From Geosiphon pyriformis uo1 (taxonomy: Eukaryota > Fungi > Glomeromycota): a stretch of 64,000 nucleotides of DNA. The stretch spans positions 569,639 through 633,638 of the forward strand of contig JAAOMT010000289.1 of assembly GCA_016748015.1 (NCBI GenBank), written 5' to 3'. Position numbers and translations under genes: made by a program. The stretch's first letter is position 1. Every line of letters begins with the position of its first letter. This document shows, one piece after another, positions 26,301 through 40,100 of this stretch. Below the pieces are notes generated by a model. That model did no database searches, was not told the DNA's origin, and saw only the letters and a program-made list of their open reading frames with translations.

Positions 26301-28080
26301 CTCATGACCTCCAAGTTCTCAGCTGGTGTCTCTGTCATCTCTTGCTGTTTCTGGCTCGTGTTAGTGTCAGTTTTTCAAATAATTTTTTAGCAGGTGTGGT
26401 TCGTATTTTCTCTGGATGTGATCTGTTTCTGGGCAGATCTCTGGCCTGTGCTTTCTGTTATCGGGGTAGTACTCCTATGTCTCTCATTCTTGGTGAAGTC
26501 AATTTTCTAAGATGTGTCCCTTTGCTTAAGTGATATAGTATCGCTTTTGTGAAACAATTACAAGATCAAAATAGTGTTGTTTTCAGTTGGCAGATGTTCA
26601 AGCATTGGAAGAGATTAGACCCCCGTGGCCCAGTTTCTTTCTGGTTTGATCTTTCTGTGTGTTTTCTTGGTGGTGTTGCTTCTCTTCCTATATGCTCCTC
26701 TCTTGTGACAAATGCTGCTCTGTTTGATGTTCATTAATCTCACGATTTTGGTGTTATCTGTAACAATCTGTCGGTCACTAATGCTACCCACCTTTTTGTA
26801 TACACGAATGAGTCTCTGAGTGGTTTGGGGACTGTTGCCATGAAAGCTGGGGCTGTGGTATTTTTTGAGAACATTGAATCTGGTTTGGGTGTGAGGGTGT
26901 CTGGTTTGGTTTCTTCTATTATGTCTGAATTGCAGGCCATTGCTTTGGCTCTTGAGTGTGTTCCTTCTTCTTAGACAGTTGATTTGTACTCGGATAGCCA
27001 AGTAGCCTTGGATGTGTGCAAATCAGAATTGTTGTTGGCTCATTCAGACTTTAGGAATCATTGTTGGATAGAGCATCGCCATATTGCTAATGTAGTTTGT
27101 TATAAGAATTTGAATGTGAATTGGATTAAAGTCAAGGGTCATTCAGGCATATCAGGCAATGAGCGTGCAGATGAGCTTGCTAAGGATGTGGTACTCTCAA
27201 CTTGGCATTTGCCACATTTGGTTAGTGAACATTTTCTGAGGGCTGGGGGTAATATGGTTTCTGGTAATTCTAAGCACTTGGTTCGTGATGTGTTTTAGTC
27301 TATTTTTTGTGCACATTGAAGGTTGGCTCTGGTTTCCGGGTCTTGGCGGCTGGTTTGCATGACAGTGTTAACTGGTCTAAGTCTTCCATGGTTTGGCACC
27401 CTGATTCTCATTTGGCTGCTGGTTTTATTAGTGCACGTACTGTTTGTCTTCAGACATACTTTATAAAATCTCTTCATTATCGGCTTCCTGTCGCTGTACG
27501 TAAGTATTTGTATGATAGGTGCTACCTCAGTGTGGTGTGTTTGTTCTGTGGTGATGTAGAATTTTTGGACCATGTTTTCATTTGTCCTTTCGAGGCTTTT
27601 GGTCATGTTCGGTTTTTGGATACTCATGCGTCTCTTTGGGAAGTGCGATCTGGCCTCTCTCATTCTATTTCGTGTGTCTCGCAGTTGTTGGCCTCTTGTT
27701 CTTCCAATGCAACAATTAGTACTACTCTGTGTAAGGGCTTTGCTTTTGATGATTGGTACTGTGAATCCTTTTTGGTCTTTAAAGAAGCTAAGGTTGTGGT
27801 TTTAAATATTGTGTTTTTTGTACACAAGTTTTGCCTCGCATTTCGAGATGAATTTTGGCTAGTCCGCGCCAAACACTAAGCTTTTATGGAAAAGAATAGG
27901 CTCATTCCTTGTGATAACTCCATTTCTGCCCTGGTTCCTGGTTTACCTGCAGTGCTTTCAGCTGGTATGGTCAGATTGTTGGGTGTCATTGAGGCTTTTG
28001 GTGTTAGTTTTGGTTTTTGTAAATCTCGTTTGTTTTTTTCAGGTATAGGGAATTTAGTCTCTGTTAAGATAGATGTGTAG
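23393..28080 (+). pseudogene. LINE ORF2: AP endonuclease, RT, RNase H, C-terminal zinc finger
   Basis: Endonuclease: ATCNVKGMN, VILGGDFN, TDHKAV. RT: PIALIETARK, LQDMRKAYDSV, FVDDT. RNase H: YSDSQ, WIKVKGHSGISGNERADELAK. Zinc finger: CLFCGDVEFLDHVFIC. Confidence 0.92.
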
Positions 28081-28215
28081 TATTGTTCTGATCGGCCTGA
28101 GTGGCTGGTCATATGTAGAAAATGCATGATTTGCTTCTAGTTTAGATCATTTATGTAATGTATAATCCTAGATTGTGTTTGGACCTCACTCATTAAACAT
28201 AATAAAAAAAAAAAA

Positions 28216-29750
28216 TTTAATTAAAAATTTAATTAATCATATTATTAATTTAAAAATTATATAATTAAAAAATATATTAAAGTATAATAATAACAAAAAA
28301 AATTAATTTAAAAACTATAACAAATTTTTAATCTTAAATATAATAAAAACAATTTACAATATTTAATTTTAATAACAATATTTAAAAAAATTTAAAATAC
28401 AAATTTTATAAAAGTAATTTTATAAAATTTTTAATAATTAATTAAAATTAACAAAATTAAACAGAAATTAAAATACAATTTTTTGTTAAGAAAACACTAA
28501 AAATTTATTAATTAAAAATAACTGTATTAAAAAAGTATTATTTTTGTTTAACTTTTATAATAATAATATTAATTAAATATAATTATATTAAATAATATAA
28601 TTAATTTATTATTATTAATATTAAAATTAAAAAAATATATATAATTAATAAACTAAACCTGGTAAAAAAACCAGTATTAAATAAAAAGACTGTTTTAAAA
28701 CAATAGTATTAAATTTAATATTTTAAAAAACATTATTAATATTTTACTAGTAAAAAAATTACTAATTGCTTTAAGTAATAAAAAAATAAAAAAATACAGT
28801 TTTTTGACTTTTTGTTTTAATTATAAACATAAAATTTTTTAAATAAAGAGCTTATATTATTTAATTATAGTTTATTATTATATATTTATAAAGTTTTATA
28901 TATTAAAAAGTTAAAAATAGTAAATATATATTAATTATTTATTGTTAAAAATAATTTTATTTTATTAATTTTTAAACAGTTTAGCTAAAAAATATTTAAG
29001 TATTAATTTAAAATTTAAGTTTTTAAAATATTGTAACCAATTTAAAAATTTAATTTAAAAATTAGATTATATTTATATAAATTAATTTCAATTAAAATTA
29101 TTTTTATGATTGTATTATATTAAGTAATAGTTGGATTGTACTCGTTAAATAAAATAAAATAATTAAAATTATTAATTTATAATATAATAAAATAAATTTT
29201 CAAAAAAAATTGATTTTGTTAATTATATTTTAGATAAAAAAAATTTTAGCAATTGTATTTATTTTAAGTGTAAATTTTTAATTATTATTTAATATATTTT
29301 TAAAAGATGATTTTTTTTATATAATAATATTTTAAATTATTTAAAAAATAAAATTTTTACTAATTTTGTATTTGTTTTATTTCTTTTAACAAGTTTATAT
29401 TAAAAAGATTGGTGTTTGTTTTAATTAATTATACACTATATTAACTAGTATTATTAATTTTATTATTAAAGTAATAATTTTATCATTGTAATATATTACA
29501 TATATTAAGTCTCAAAAATAAGAACATGTTTAAAATTAATGTAAATAATTAAAGATGGCAATTTCAAATCATATGGTGGAGATCATTTATAGTCATCAAA
29601 CAATTTATATAATTTTAAATTGTATCTAGTCTTCCAATTTTAATAATATTAAAAAACTAAACCGTAAATATGTTAGATTAAGTTCTTCTCTTTCACATTT
29701 ACAGTTTAATTTTTTGAATTATATTATAATTTATAAAGTTATTAAAGTTT
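28216..29750. other. Extremely AT-rich tract, probably an eroded transposon relic
   Basis: Near-pure A/T with almost no CpG and no ORF. Same character as 9060-9955. Confidence 0.5.
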
Positions 29751-29789
29751 AAAATTAGCCACTTTTATTATTAATCTTTAATTTTCGGA

Positions 29790-29848
29790 TGCCGATCAAT
29801 CAGATTTTAGCCAATCAGCAATCACTAAAGTCACGTCACCACGTGATA
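29790..29848. promoter_or_regulatory. Cluster of CCAAT-box and E-box/CRE-like motifs
   Basis: TCAATCAG, AGCCAATCAG, GCAATCAC, GTCACGTCA and CACGTG within 60 bp, at the edge of the AT-rich tract. Confidence 0.4.
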
Positions 29849-29904
29849 AATCATCGAAGTATTATCATTTTCAGAAAGGCTTTCAATTAATATTAATCTA
29901 ATCT

Positions 29905-30595
29905 TTAGATGGTCACTTTTTTATAAAGATATAATATCTCTCGGCCTGCGTGTCTTCTGCTGGTGACACGGCACCATTAACCATGAATATTCCATTCACA
30001 CCACCACCATATTCGGTTGTCATTATTGGAACAGAAACCAGATATCAATATTGTTTACACCAGGCGTCAAAGAAATCGTAAAAGTACTATGAGCGATTGT
30101 CGGAGAATTTGGGAATGTCATTTGCGCTCTATTTGTAACCTTGCGTTATTATAATGTGGATACTTACTTTGAATTCACAAATAACCTTTCAATGATTATA
30201 ATGTTGCGTTTCAAAGAATTGCTTGGATCTAAGAGATATACGAAATCCCCTGTAATAAAGATTTCTGGTTAAATTTAATATTTGAATGATGAATTATACC
30301 AAAGAGAAATATAACGACTAAAATACCTATCGTGTATTCGACCGAATCATGATCTAGTTTTAAAATTGGTTTCCTAGGTTGTAAAAGGAATTTCGATTGT
30401 TGAATATTTCAACAACTTATTAGAATGTGATATATAATAGCTTATCACAATAATCAAGAAACTTACATCAGTTGGTGTTAATTTAAGGGAATCAGATTGG
30501 AATTGAAAGATCTTTGGCTTTACCTTGATTGAGAAAACTGAAGTTGTCTTAAAGCCCATAACCTTGAATAGCTCTTTTTTGTTAGTGTTGTACAT
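29905..30595 (-). pseudogene. Intron-containing pseudogene fragment with the start of a BAH domain (Rsc1/Rsc2/polybromo-like)
   Basis: GTAAGT/GTATTT...AG introns. Spliced translation LDHDSVEYTIGDFVYLLDPSNSLKRNIIIIERLFVNS, then TFTISLTPGVNNIDIW(fs)VSVP...TQAERYYIF. Contains stops and frameshifts. Confidence 0.55.
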
Positions 30596-31129
30596 TTTCT
30601 AACGAGTTCGTTTTGATGCAAAAAATGTATGAAACGTATTAGTTCAAGTAGATAAAACCCAGATTTTTTTGTAAAAGCCTAATAAACTTCTTACTTATAA
30701 ATAATATATTAAAAACACATGTATATTAACCAATAAAATTTAATTATATAAATAAAAACACGTGAAGATCGTCATTTAAAATTTCGGACTGATCTACATT
30801 TTTGATGATTATAAATGGTTTGCACCATATAACTACAATTAATTGCAACCAATGTATCACATTTGTAAATTTTATCTTTATTTAAATAACAATAATCAAA
30901 TAATTGAAGAAATGCCTTGCTTTATAAAAACTATTTGAAATGATCAAAAAAAGTAAGTATCAAAAGTATTCACTTTATAAACACATATTTATAAATAGAA
31001 TTGATGTAACCATTTCAGTTATAATTGATATTAGTAAAAATGAAGTTTAAATAGGTAATGAACCAAAAAAACGATCTTTCAATAATTTAATTTACAATGG
31101 GAAATATTTTAGGATATGCCTAAAAAATA

Positions 31130-33298
31130 TCAATTTGCTAATTGAATCGGAAGAAAGTTTCCTACGATAGCAGACTAATTATTTTTATATGGATTAGGGA
31201 ATTGAATTGATGTTGTTAGACATGGAAATGTTTATGAGAGAACTGGTTTCAAAATAAATAAAAACATACCGGTCTAAATCGAAATTCATTAGATTAAATT
31301 AGTGATGAAAATTTCAATTTCAATTTCAATTTCGATTTGAATGAAAATAGAAAAAAAGGACCAACATATTATATTTGTCTCTCCGAATAGTAAATGAAAA
31401 GCAGCAGGAAATAACGTTCTGATTATCAGGATCAGGATTTTTCAGCAAACACGATGTTAATACAGCTTTCTGACCTGCGTCAAACGCGATATTACCATAT
31501 TTCTACGAAGAAAATAATCGTTAGTTATTGTAGAAATGGAAAAACCAATTGTGAGGTTATGACTAACCTCCCAATAATTTACAGCAGATTCCTCAGCCAT
31601 CATCTTCGTTGATGCTATAAAAATTAGTATTGCGTCCCGATTCTAAAACTATTCATAGTAGTTAGATTCTAATCACCTCATATATGCAGAGACGCCCGTC
31701 TCGCAGCATTTCAATTGGTACACCAACCAAGGATGCAAATTCTTTATTTCCCTTGTAAATTTCCCCCGTCCTTCTCCATAGACATGCAGGTATTCCCATT
31801 GAGCTAAATACCCTATCATAATCCTATAACATGAAGTTGTTACGTTGTAGGAATTAGGGAAATTTGAAATATTTTTGATAAATCGGAAAAATAAAATAAG
31901 GTGCTGAGAAATAAAAACGTACTAATAAGAGTCGTTCAAACTGTTCTTCAACTAGTACCAAATCGAAATCCATTAAAGATTGGGCCACGGTCCGAAATGC
32001 TGGCCTGAAAGTACCCAAAGAACTCAATATTCTTTGACGATTCATATTAGTCATGCTGTGTAATATTAAAAATTCAGACTCAACGTCGGAAAACTAAAAG
32101 AGAGCTTACAAAAAAGGTTGATTATCTAAACATACTTGTTTTCCATATATTGTTGTAATCTCGCGTATCCTTTTACATAATTATAAGGTTTTAAGAAGCC
32201 TGCTTCAAATTTTGCATTAATGACCTGTGTTAAACGCGCTTCAGATGTGCCATCAGAGGGATCGGCGGCAATGAGAAAGAATTTTTCTGAGACATTATTT
32301 GGAGTTCCATCCAAGTTAAAAAGGGCCTGTTGATTCCCATCCACATTGTCAAGGAAATCGCTATTAAAAATAAAGTCGGCTAGGCATAAATGCAGGAAAT
32401 CAAATGCTAATCAAACGGGAAAGCAAAAATTGAATCGAAATTTTTAAATTCTTACCTGATAACGGTAAATTCATTTCCCATTTGAGCGCTGGCGAATCGC
32501 AAAGGAGTCTGAGGTATAGGAGAATAAGCTGCCATCTGACCAAAAGCTTTGATTTGCGCGTCGTTGGAATATTAGGACTAAAACTCTATTTTGACTTGAA
32601 CTTAGATTGAGTCTATACCTTCAGCAGACACAGAAGGCAGGGCTATAAGATTCGCAGTTATCTGAGGGTGACCTCCGGTTATTTGGGATGCCCCATGGGG
32701 GGTTTTGGGTTCGTCATGGCAAAGATGGCCTATACTACGCTTAATGCAACGTTGACAAGGACGGCCTTTAGAATTTAAGATATGAAAATAACCAATTTGT
32801 TGGTAGTTCCTAGTTCAAATACCAAAGATAAAGGTTCAAAATATATTTACCATCATCACAAGTCATATGTGACCTTCGACAATATACACATGCTATGTAC
32901 GGAAGCAAATGAAAGAAAATTAGATATATCTTACAAGTAAATCTAGCATAAAACAAAAAATTTAATATAGTACCATGGGTAACTTTTCTACGCTTTGGGC
33001 CTGCTCTTTTTTTCTTGGTGTCGTTAGGATCTTTCTGTCCAGCTGATGTGTCGCCACCCTGAGACTCGGATTCAGCTTTGATTGAAGGTTCGGATAAACT
33101 TACTTGAGCATTTTGAGATGATATAGATTGCTGGGTTTGAGTTGGTGAGACACTCTGTTGACATGGAATACTGTTCACAGAATAAAACTTTTCTGTCTGC
33201 AAAGTGGGAATTTCCTTGTTGTTAGTAGTAATGGTAGTAGTAGTTGTAGTAGTACTAGTAGTAGTAGCAGCTGTAGTAGCATTCGCAGTTGTATTCAT
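31130..33298 (-). CDS. acuM: Zn(II)2Cys6 / PAS-fold gluconeogenesis regulator, AcuM/Rds2 type, multi-exon
   Basis: KRRKVTHACVYCRRSHMTCDDGRPCQRCIKRSIGHLCHDEP, FFLIAADP, LKPYNYVKGYARLQQYME, FRPAFR, MGIPACLWRRTGEIYKGNKEFA and CCFSFTIRRDKYNIPSAIVGNFLP. N-terminal poly-Thr tract. Confidence 0.9.
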
Positions 33299-33439
33299 CG
33301 ACGTTAACTTATGATTTCCGCTCTTTAATCAGTTATATATATATATAAACTCCTGCTTTTTACAGAATGAAAGTAAAAGATAAAGAACAAAAATAATTTA
33401 TAGCCCACACCGAAAATTTTTTGCTACCAATAAAAATAC

Positions 33440-34155
33440 TGTTACGGTTGAAACTTATACTTCTTATTAATTATCACATGTATTAGCCATTGATGTCATA
33501 TAAATTAGCCACTCTATTTTTAGAAAGTGATCATTGACCTGATCAATGACCTGATCATTGACTTGATCATTGACCTGATCATTAACCTAGTCATTGACCT
33601 GATTATTGACCACTTTTGATAGCTATATAAGCAATAAATCTCTTAGCTGTAGAAAAGCATGTAAGAATCAGATGTAAGAATCAAAGAAAGAAAAGAAATA
33701 AAATAACAACTTTCATCTTAATTATTCTCTTATTGCTAATTTTCCTTTCCTTATTTTCAAGTATTTGAACATCTTAGGATAAAAAATTACTTGTTGGTTA
33801 TTCCTTACCCTTTTCCTGAAATGTGTAATTGTAACATTTGAAGATTATTGAATAAAACATGACTGAAGAATACATCTGATACCTGATATTGAATTCTAAG
33901 AGTGCTAACATAAGGCATAGAATTATACCAGGCATGATTATTTGTTAATAGTACAGACTATCCCTCTACCTTTAAATTCCCTGGTTATCTTTTGAAAAAT
34001 ACAGTGACTAAGATATTTTATAAGACTGATCTCACACATTGAATCTATACTTATTCAATTCATTCTTTGAAGTTGAAATCTCTTTGATTATTTCCATTAT
34101 TCTACAATCTTGTTCTCCCTTGCTATCTGTTAGCTTATTACTTCAACTTGTAACA
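33440..34155 (+). repeat. Family B 5' LTR (716 bp, 7 x 12-bp units)
   Basis: TGTTAC...TAACA termini, TGATCATTGACC tandem array, then TATATAA. Confidence 0.95.
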
Positions 34156-37100
34156 TAAAAGTGGTGCTCTTTGTAAGGTTGTCAAAATCCACTTTGTTTT
34201 CTATTGTATAGGTGATTATTCATACTTGTTACAACAATCAGAAAAACACTTTGAAGCACACAACAAAAATAATTTAGACTTTATTAAACTCAATTCTTTG
34301 CTCTTCTGCTTGATTTGCTTCCTCATTAAAAAACAATCTAGTAGACAATTCCAAGACTTTTAGAACTGGTTCCTGAATGAGCACTTAGCTGAAATTTACA
34401 CAGCCTATACAACTTATTACTTTGATCAAGCTTACTTTGAAGACAACTTTAAAGAAAGAAACAACAGCATCAATTAGCTTTTATATTTTACAACCTTTGA
34501 ACAACAGCCTCCTGATTTCAAATATCTGAACTATTAAATTTATACCTGGATTGCTGCTCATCAATTAACTAAAATTCCTCTTGAAACAGAAGAAGAAAGC
34601 TATTAAACTATTCCTGTTTTTGATCTCTTTTCAAGTAAATCAGATCATTCTACTCAAACAGTAACTCTTAAACCAATGATTAATAATCCTATGCAACAAA
34701 ACATTCTGATTGCTCTTCAAGACATAAAAACTGGTTTGAGAAGAAGAAACAACACTCCATTATCCTTGTTTAGAGATAATACACAAGATTCAATTGAATG
34801 GCTGAATGATTTTGAAAAAGCTGCCACAGCCAACCAATATGATAATAAATACAAGTTCCAAATCATTGATGGCTATTTTCAAGACTTTTCTGCTACTTGG
34901 TTTTCACAAGAAACCAATACCAATGCTCAGCAAAAAATTATTAAATGGGCATCAGCAAATGCTAGAGAAGACAACACCTCTTTTACTACTCAGTTTGAAA
35001 TGAAATTTAGAACTTCTATTTTAATATCCAAATGACATATAGAATTAGAAAAAAAAACCCAAGGTTTTGGTAAAGCTGTAACTGAATATGCAAAAGCAAT
35101 CAAAAAATTAATCAAGCAAATAGATTTTGAAAGAAACTAAACAGAAGAACAGAAAACTCATTTCTTTATAAAAAAATTGAGAACTGATTTTTCATATGCT
35201 CTTTGGTTTTTTCTGGCCCTAAAAGACAATCTCACAATAGATATGACTGTTGAACTAGCTCAACAAATTGAAAACAATCAAAGAATACACTTGGAATTCA
35301 CACTTTTAGTTTTTGCTTCTGCTCCTGTTATGGCCCCTGCTTCTTAAATGACTACCATTTCTTTCACTGCCCAAACTCCAGATCCCAATTAACAATTAAT
35401 AGATAGACTTACAACCAATTTTGCTTGGTTATTAGAACTTTTAGCTCAAGCAGTCAGAAAAAATTAACAAACTTAAAGACCCAGATTTGAACTTCATTTT
35501 AATCAGTCTCAGCAATTCTCTTATTAAAGACAACAAAATTGTGCCCCACCTATATGTTATCATTGTGGATTAACTGGATATTTTTTCAGAGATTGCAACA
35601 ATCTTTCTCTACCTTCTCCAGCTCCCAGAAACAATGACAATCAAAATAACAGAATTATTAACAACAATGTCCTCAATTAAAGACCCAATCATGTCAACAT
35701 CAATTTCTTTGGAAAGGATCTCTTAGTTGAAGCCACTGTTTATTAGTCTTTAAACTAATAAGCATACCTCCAAAGGGTGAGAATACAAGCCAACCAAAAA
35801 AAACTCTTTTTATGCTTTTAACCTAATTGATAATAACCATAATATGGATGAACTAACAATTAACACCTCTGAATCAACCAGAAAAAAGAAAAAAGCCAAG
35901 ATTGATTTCGTTTTGAACCCAAACAAGGCATTCAAATCAACTGTTAATAACAATAAGCCACCAAAGGCTAAAGTTTTTAAGAATTTTCCAAAGTTAGAAT
36001 TCCCAGAAATTGTACAAAAATCTGAACCCTATTCTGTTGTCAAAAATTTCATGGAAACATCTGTTTATATTACCTTTGGCCAGTTAATAACCCATCTCCA
36101 ATTCAGAAAAAACCTTCACAAATCCTTGATTTTCAAGAAAAAAACACCAAAGACCAACAAAAATCCATGTCAAGCCAAACTTACTAATAACAACAATGTT
36201 ACCCCTCTTATTTGTAAAGCTCAAATGGCTGATTATTTCATTAATCTGATTCTGAACAGTGAATTATCTGTTAGCATTATTGTCAAACACTTTTTAGAAG
36301 CAATTGGCAGAAAGATTGATGAATCATCTACAAAACCAATAACCAATGTACATGGTAACAAGAAAAAAGGTCTGGGCATAGCCAAAGCTGTTCTTGTCTG
36401 AATTAATGGTATTAACATTGAAACTAACATGGAAGTATCTGAAGCAAAAGAATACACCATAATAGTTGACAATGAATAACTCAAGAAAGCAAAAGTCTTG
36501 CTTGATTATAAACTCTGTAAACTGACCATCAGATGTAATAAAAAACCCATCATGGTTAAGTGTTACCATTGGACAACTCCTCCAGTATTCAAACAAAGCC
36601 AAAAAGAAAAGCAATCAGACAAATCAGATGATAAAAAAAGTGAAAAAGAAGATGAACAAAAAGAAACTGCTGAACTTGTTTATATCATCTTTACCAGCAA
36701 TGGCAAGCCATTAGATAATGTCAAAGCAGATAAAAAAAGAATTATGGTAAATAACAAGCTGATCTGCTGGCCCTACTATAATATTCTCAGAAGAATCTTT
36801 GATAGAAAACCTGGCAAGAAAGCCAAATACAGTTATTGGTGGCATGATCTTTGTGCCAGGTGCTGGTACAATAAACTTATGTATTTTCCTAGTGATGAAT
36901 GCAAGTCTTGCCTAATCTATTACAAAAATTGGGAGCCAATTAGTTTGATACCCAGAGAGGAACTAAAAGAAGTACAAAAGTTCTTTGAGAATAAACCACC
37001 TAAAATCCAATTATTAGTTGTAGAACAAAGAGAACCTTCCTCTGAAGAAAAAAAAGTGGATATTAAAAATCTGTTGGCTAGAAATAGCCCAGTTATCTCA

Positions 37101-40100
37101 AAAGAAAGTGATACTCCTAGACAAACCCATATGATACAACACACTATTACCACAAAAGAAATTCGTCTCATCTATTTAAAGTCTTATCAATCCAATTGAC
37201 ACAATGATGAGTTTATCAAGAAAGAAATAAACCGGATGAAAAATCTTGGATTCATACAAAAAACCAAGAGTAAATGGGCATTTTCAGTTGTAGTAGTATC
37301 CAAAAAAGATAGAACTCTACACTTCTGTGTTAACTACCACCAATTAAATGCCATCACTATAAAAGACATGTATTTACTTCCCAAAATTGATACAATGCTA
37401 GATAAATTTAATGGTGCTGTTTTCTTCTTAACTATTAACTTAACTGCTGAATTCTGGCAAGTAGAGATGAATTCAGAAAGCAGAAAGAAAACTGCCTTCA
37501 TTACCAAGTATGGCATCTATGAATTTACAGTCATGCTGTTTGGTCTCACCAATGTCTCTTCCACTTTTCAATGCCTAATGAACAAAGTATTTGAATCAGT
37601 AAAAGAAAACTTTGTTCTAGTCTACTTAGATAACATAATAATTTACTCAAAAATCTGGAATAAACATCTTGAACACTTGCAAAAAGTTTTTGATCTGCTC
37701 AGAAATGCTGGCCTTAAGATTAATCCAATTAAATCTTTTTTTGGATGTTAATTCACCCAGTTTCTTGGTCATCTTATTACAAAAAATGGAATCTTCTCTG
37801 ACTTAGCTAAAGTTGAAAAAGTTCAGAATATTAGACAACTAATAAATGTTTTTGAACTATACTCTTTCCTTGGTTTGGCCTCTTACTATCACAAATTTAT
37901 TAAGAATTTCTCTAAAATCGCCTTTTCTCTCAATCAGTTACTCAGAAAAAATGTCAATTATTACTGGAGTACTCATCAACAAAAAGCTTTTAAAATTCTA
38001 AAGGAAAAACTTGTTATTGAACCAATTTTTAAGCAACCTGATCTGGACCAATTTTTTATCCTCTACACTAATGTATCTGGCTATAGACTTGGTGCTATTT
38101 TTTTATAAAAAGATAAAAATGGCAAAAAACATGCCATAACATATATCAGTAGATCTTTTACACCAGCAAAAAAGAACTATTCAGTTGCTGAACAAAAATA
38201 TTTAGCAGTAGTTTGGGCTACTAGTTACTGGGATCAATATTTTTTTAGTGCAAAATTCTTAGTAGTAACAGATTATCAAGTTTTGGTTCGATTGTGCAAT
38301 AAAAAAAAGCTGGAACACAAACAAATAACTCGCTGAATACTCTACTTGGATGAATTTGACTATGATATTCAATACTGCAAAGGAGCAAATCATCAAAATG
38401 CCAATGCTCTCTCTAGATTTACTATCTAGTGATAGTACAATCTCTCAAACCAAACCAACTTAATTATTAGTAACTCCTTCACAAACAAACATGATAATAG
38501 ACTTGGATAACTACTCTGTCTTAATAGAATTTTTGGGTAAAGAACAATATCCACCAGAATACACTTGACAGCAAAAAAAACATTTGCACAAACAATCAAA
38601 TTTCTATTTGATTCACTATTACAGATGATTATTTGGAGTCTTGAGTCAAATAACAAATTCATAACTTGGTGCTCAATTGTTAGAATAGTTAGTATTTTCT
38701 AAAGGTTTTTATGATCTGAAGATTTTGGGTTGGAGTTCTTTATATAATGGGCAGAGATTCAATGGTTGTCTTCTTAGTAGTCTTCCAGAATTACAATTCC
38801 ATTGAATTTTTTTCTCAGTGTGGTGGCTGGTAATTTTGGCAGAGATGTCTTTCTGGTAAGCTATCCTTAAATTCTCAATTCTTATACCCTTCCTTTGGGG
38901 TCTTTTACCAGGCTATTCTTGACATCAATAATTCAGCACTTAGTCTTTAATCAATTAGTAAACACAAAAAATAAAGAAAAGAAAATAAAGAAAAATAAAA
39001 AGAGATAAAAAGAGATAAAGAAATAAGCCAAGGCAGTTACAAGTTAGTATTCCATCAATAGCCATAATCAAGAGCTATTGTTCTAGTGTGATTAAGTATC
39101 AATTACTATCAACATGAAGTGTTGATAATGGAGAGTGGATTTAAGATATTGAATAATTATTTATTTATATTTGTAATATAGAAGGTTGTTTAAATCAAAT
39201 TTAAACTAAGAGGTCTGTCTTTTTTTTTTAATGCTATCACTATATATACATAATTGATGTTCTACAAGATCACTTATATTTTCAAGCAATGTGCTATGAT
39301 TTTTTGAGCAATGTGTCATGATTTCTAACATTGCTCTACATTGCTGAGCAATGTGCTCATGTGCTAATTACTACTCTTTTATTGGTTTACTATTTTCTAT
39401 ATCTGTTTTTTTTTTTATGAGTAATATTATTTTCTCCTTTTAATATTGAGCTCTGTCAAAATTTTCATTTTGAATTATGTCAAATACTTCTTTTTCAAGT
39501 AGTATCTGTTCCATCTTACTCTTTATTTCTTCAATTTGTGAATTGTTTATTCTTTTCTATTGGTTGATGATTATTGTTTCTATGTTAGAGTATAACAATA
39601 CTTCTGGATAATTTTTAAATATAGTGTGTAGTTAATAAATGGTCCTAATGTGTAGTGTTAAGTTTGTTTTCTTCCCAATAATGTCTTCAATGTTTTGAAC
39701 TATTTTTTAATTGAAGATTCTTTTGAATTTGTCAAGATATAACTTCTGAATATCTACTTTTTGTCCTAATTGGTAGTAATAGTATGGTATTGGAAATTAG
39801 TCTATCCATTTGTTCCAATTTTCTTTTACTAGTTCTTCTGTTGGAACTATGATAGTTATTTTTCCAAAAGTATTCTTTACTTTCTCTACTATTTTATCTG
39901 ACCAGTTTATTGATTGTTTTTGTGGTCACTGATATAATGTACTTTTCTCTTTTTGTTTGGAGTTTTGATAACAGATTGTTTGGTTGTTGATGATAATTTC
40001 CATGTTTCCTTGCTGTTGACTTAAAGCTTGAAACAATTGTTGGGCTAAAGTGTAAATATAGTCTGCTATTTCCATTTTTCTTTGTTGTTTTTGTCATATA

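Larger units (their letters stand above)
21471..28215 (+). mobile_element. Full-length RNase H-containing LINE (copy 2), younger but inactivated
   Basis: ORF1 plus ORF2 with scattered stops and frameshifts. 3' UTR ends in AATAAAAAAAAAAAA, and the element sits in an A-run. Confidence 0.95.

Noticed and set aside
33528-33612. Regular short repeats resembling a CRISPR array
   Set aside because: There are no unique spacers. These are tandem units inside LTRs in eukaryotic DNA.
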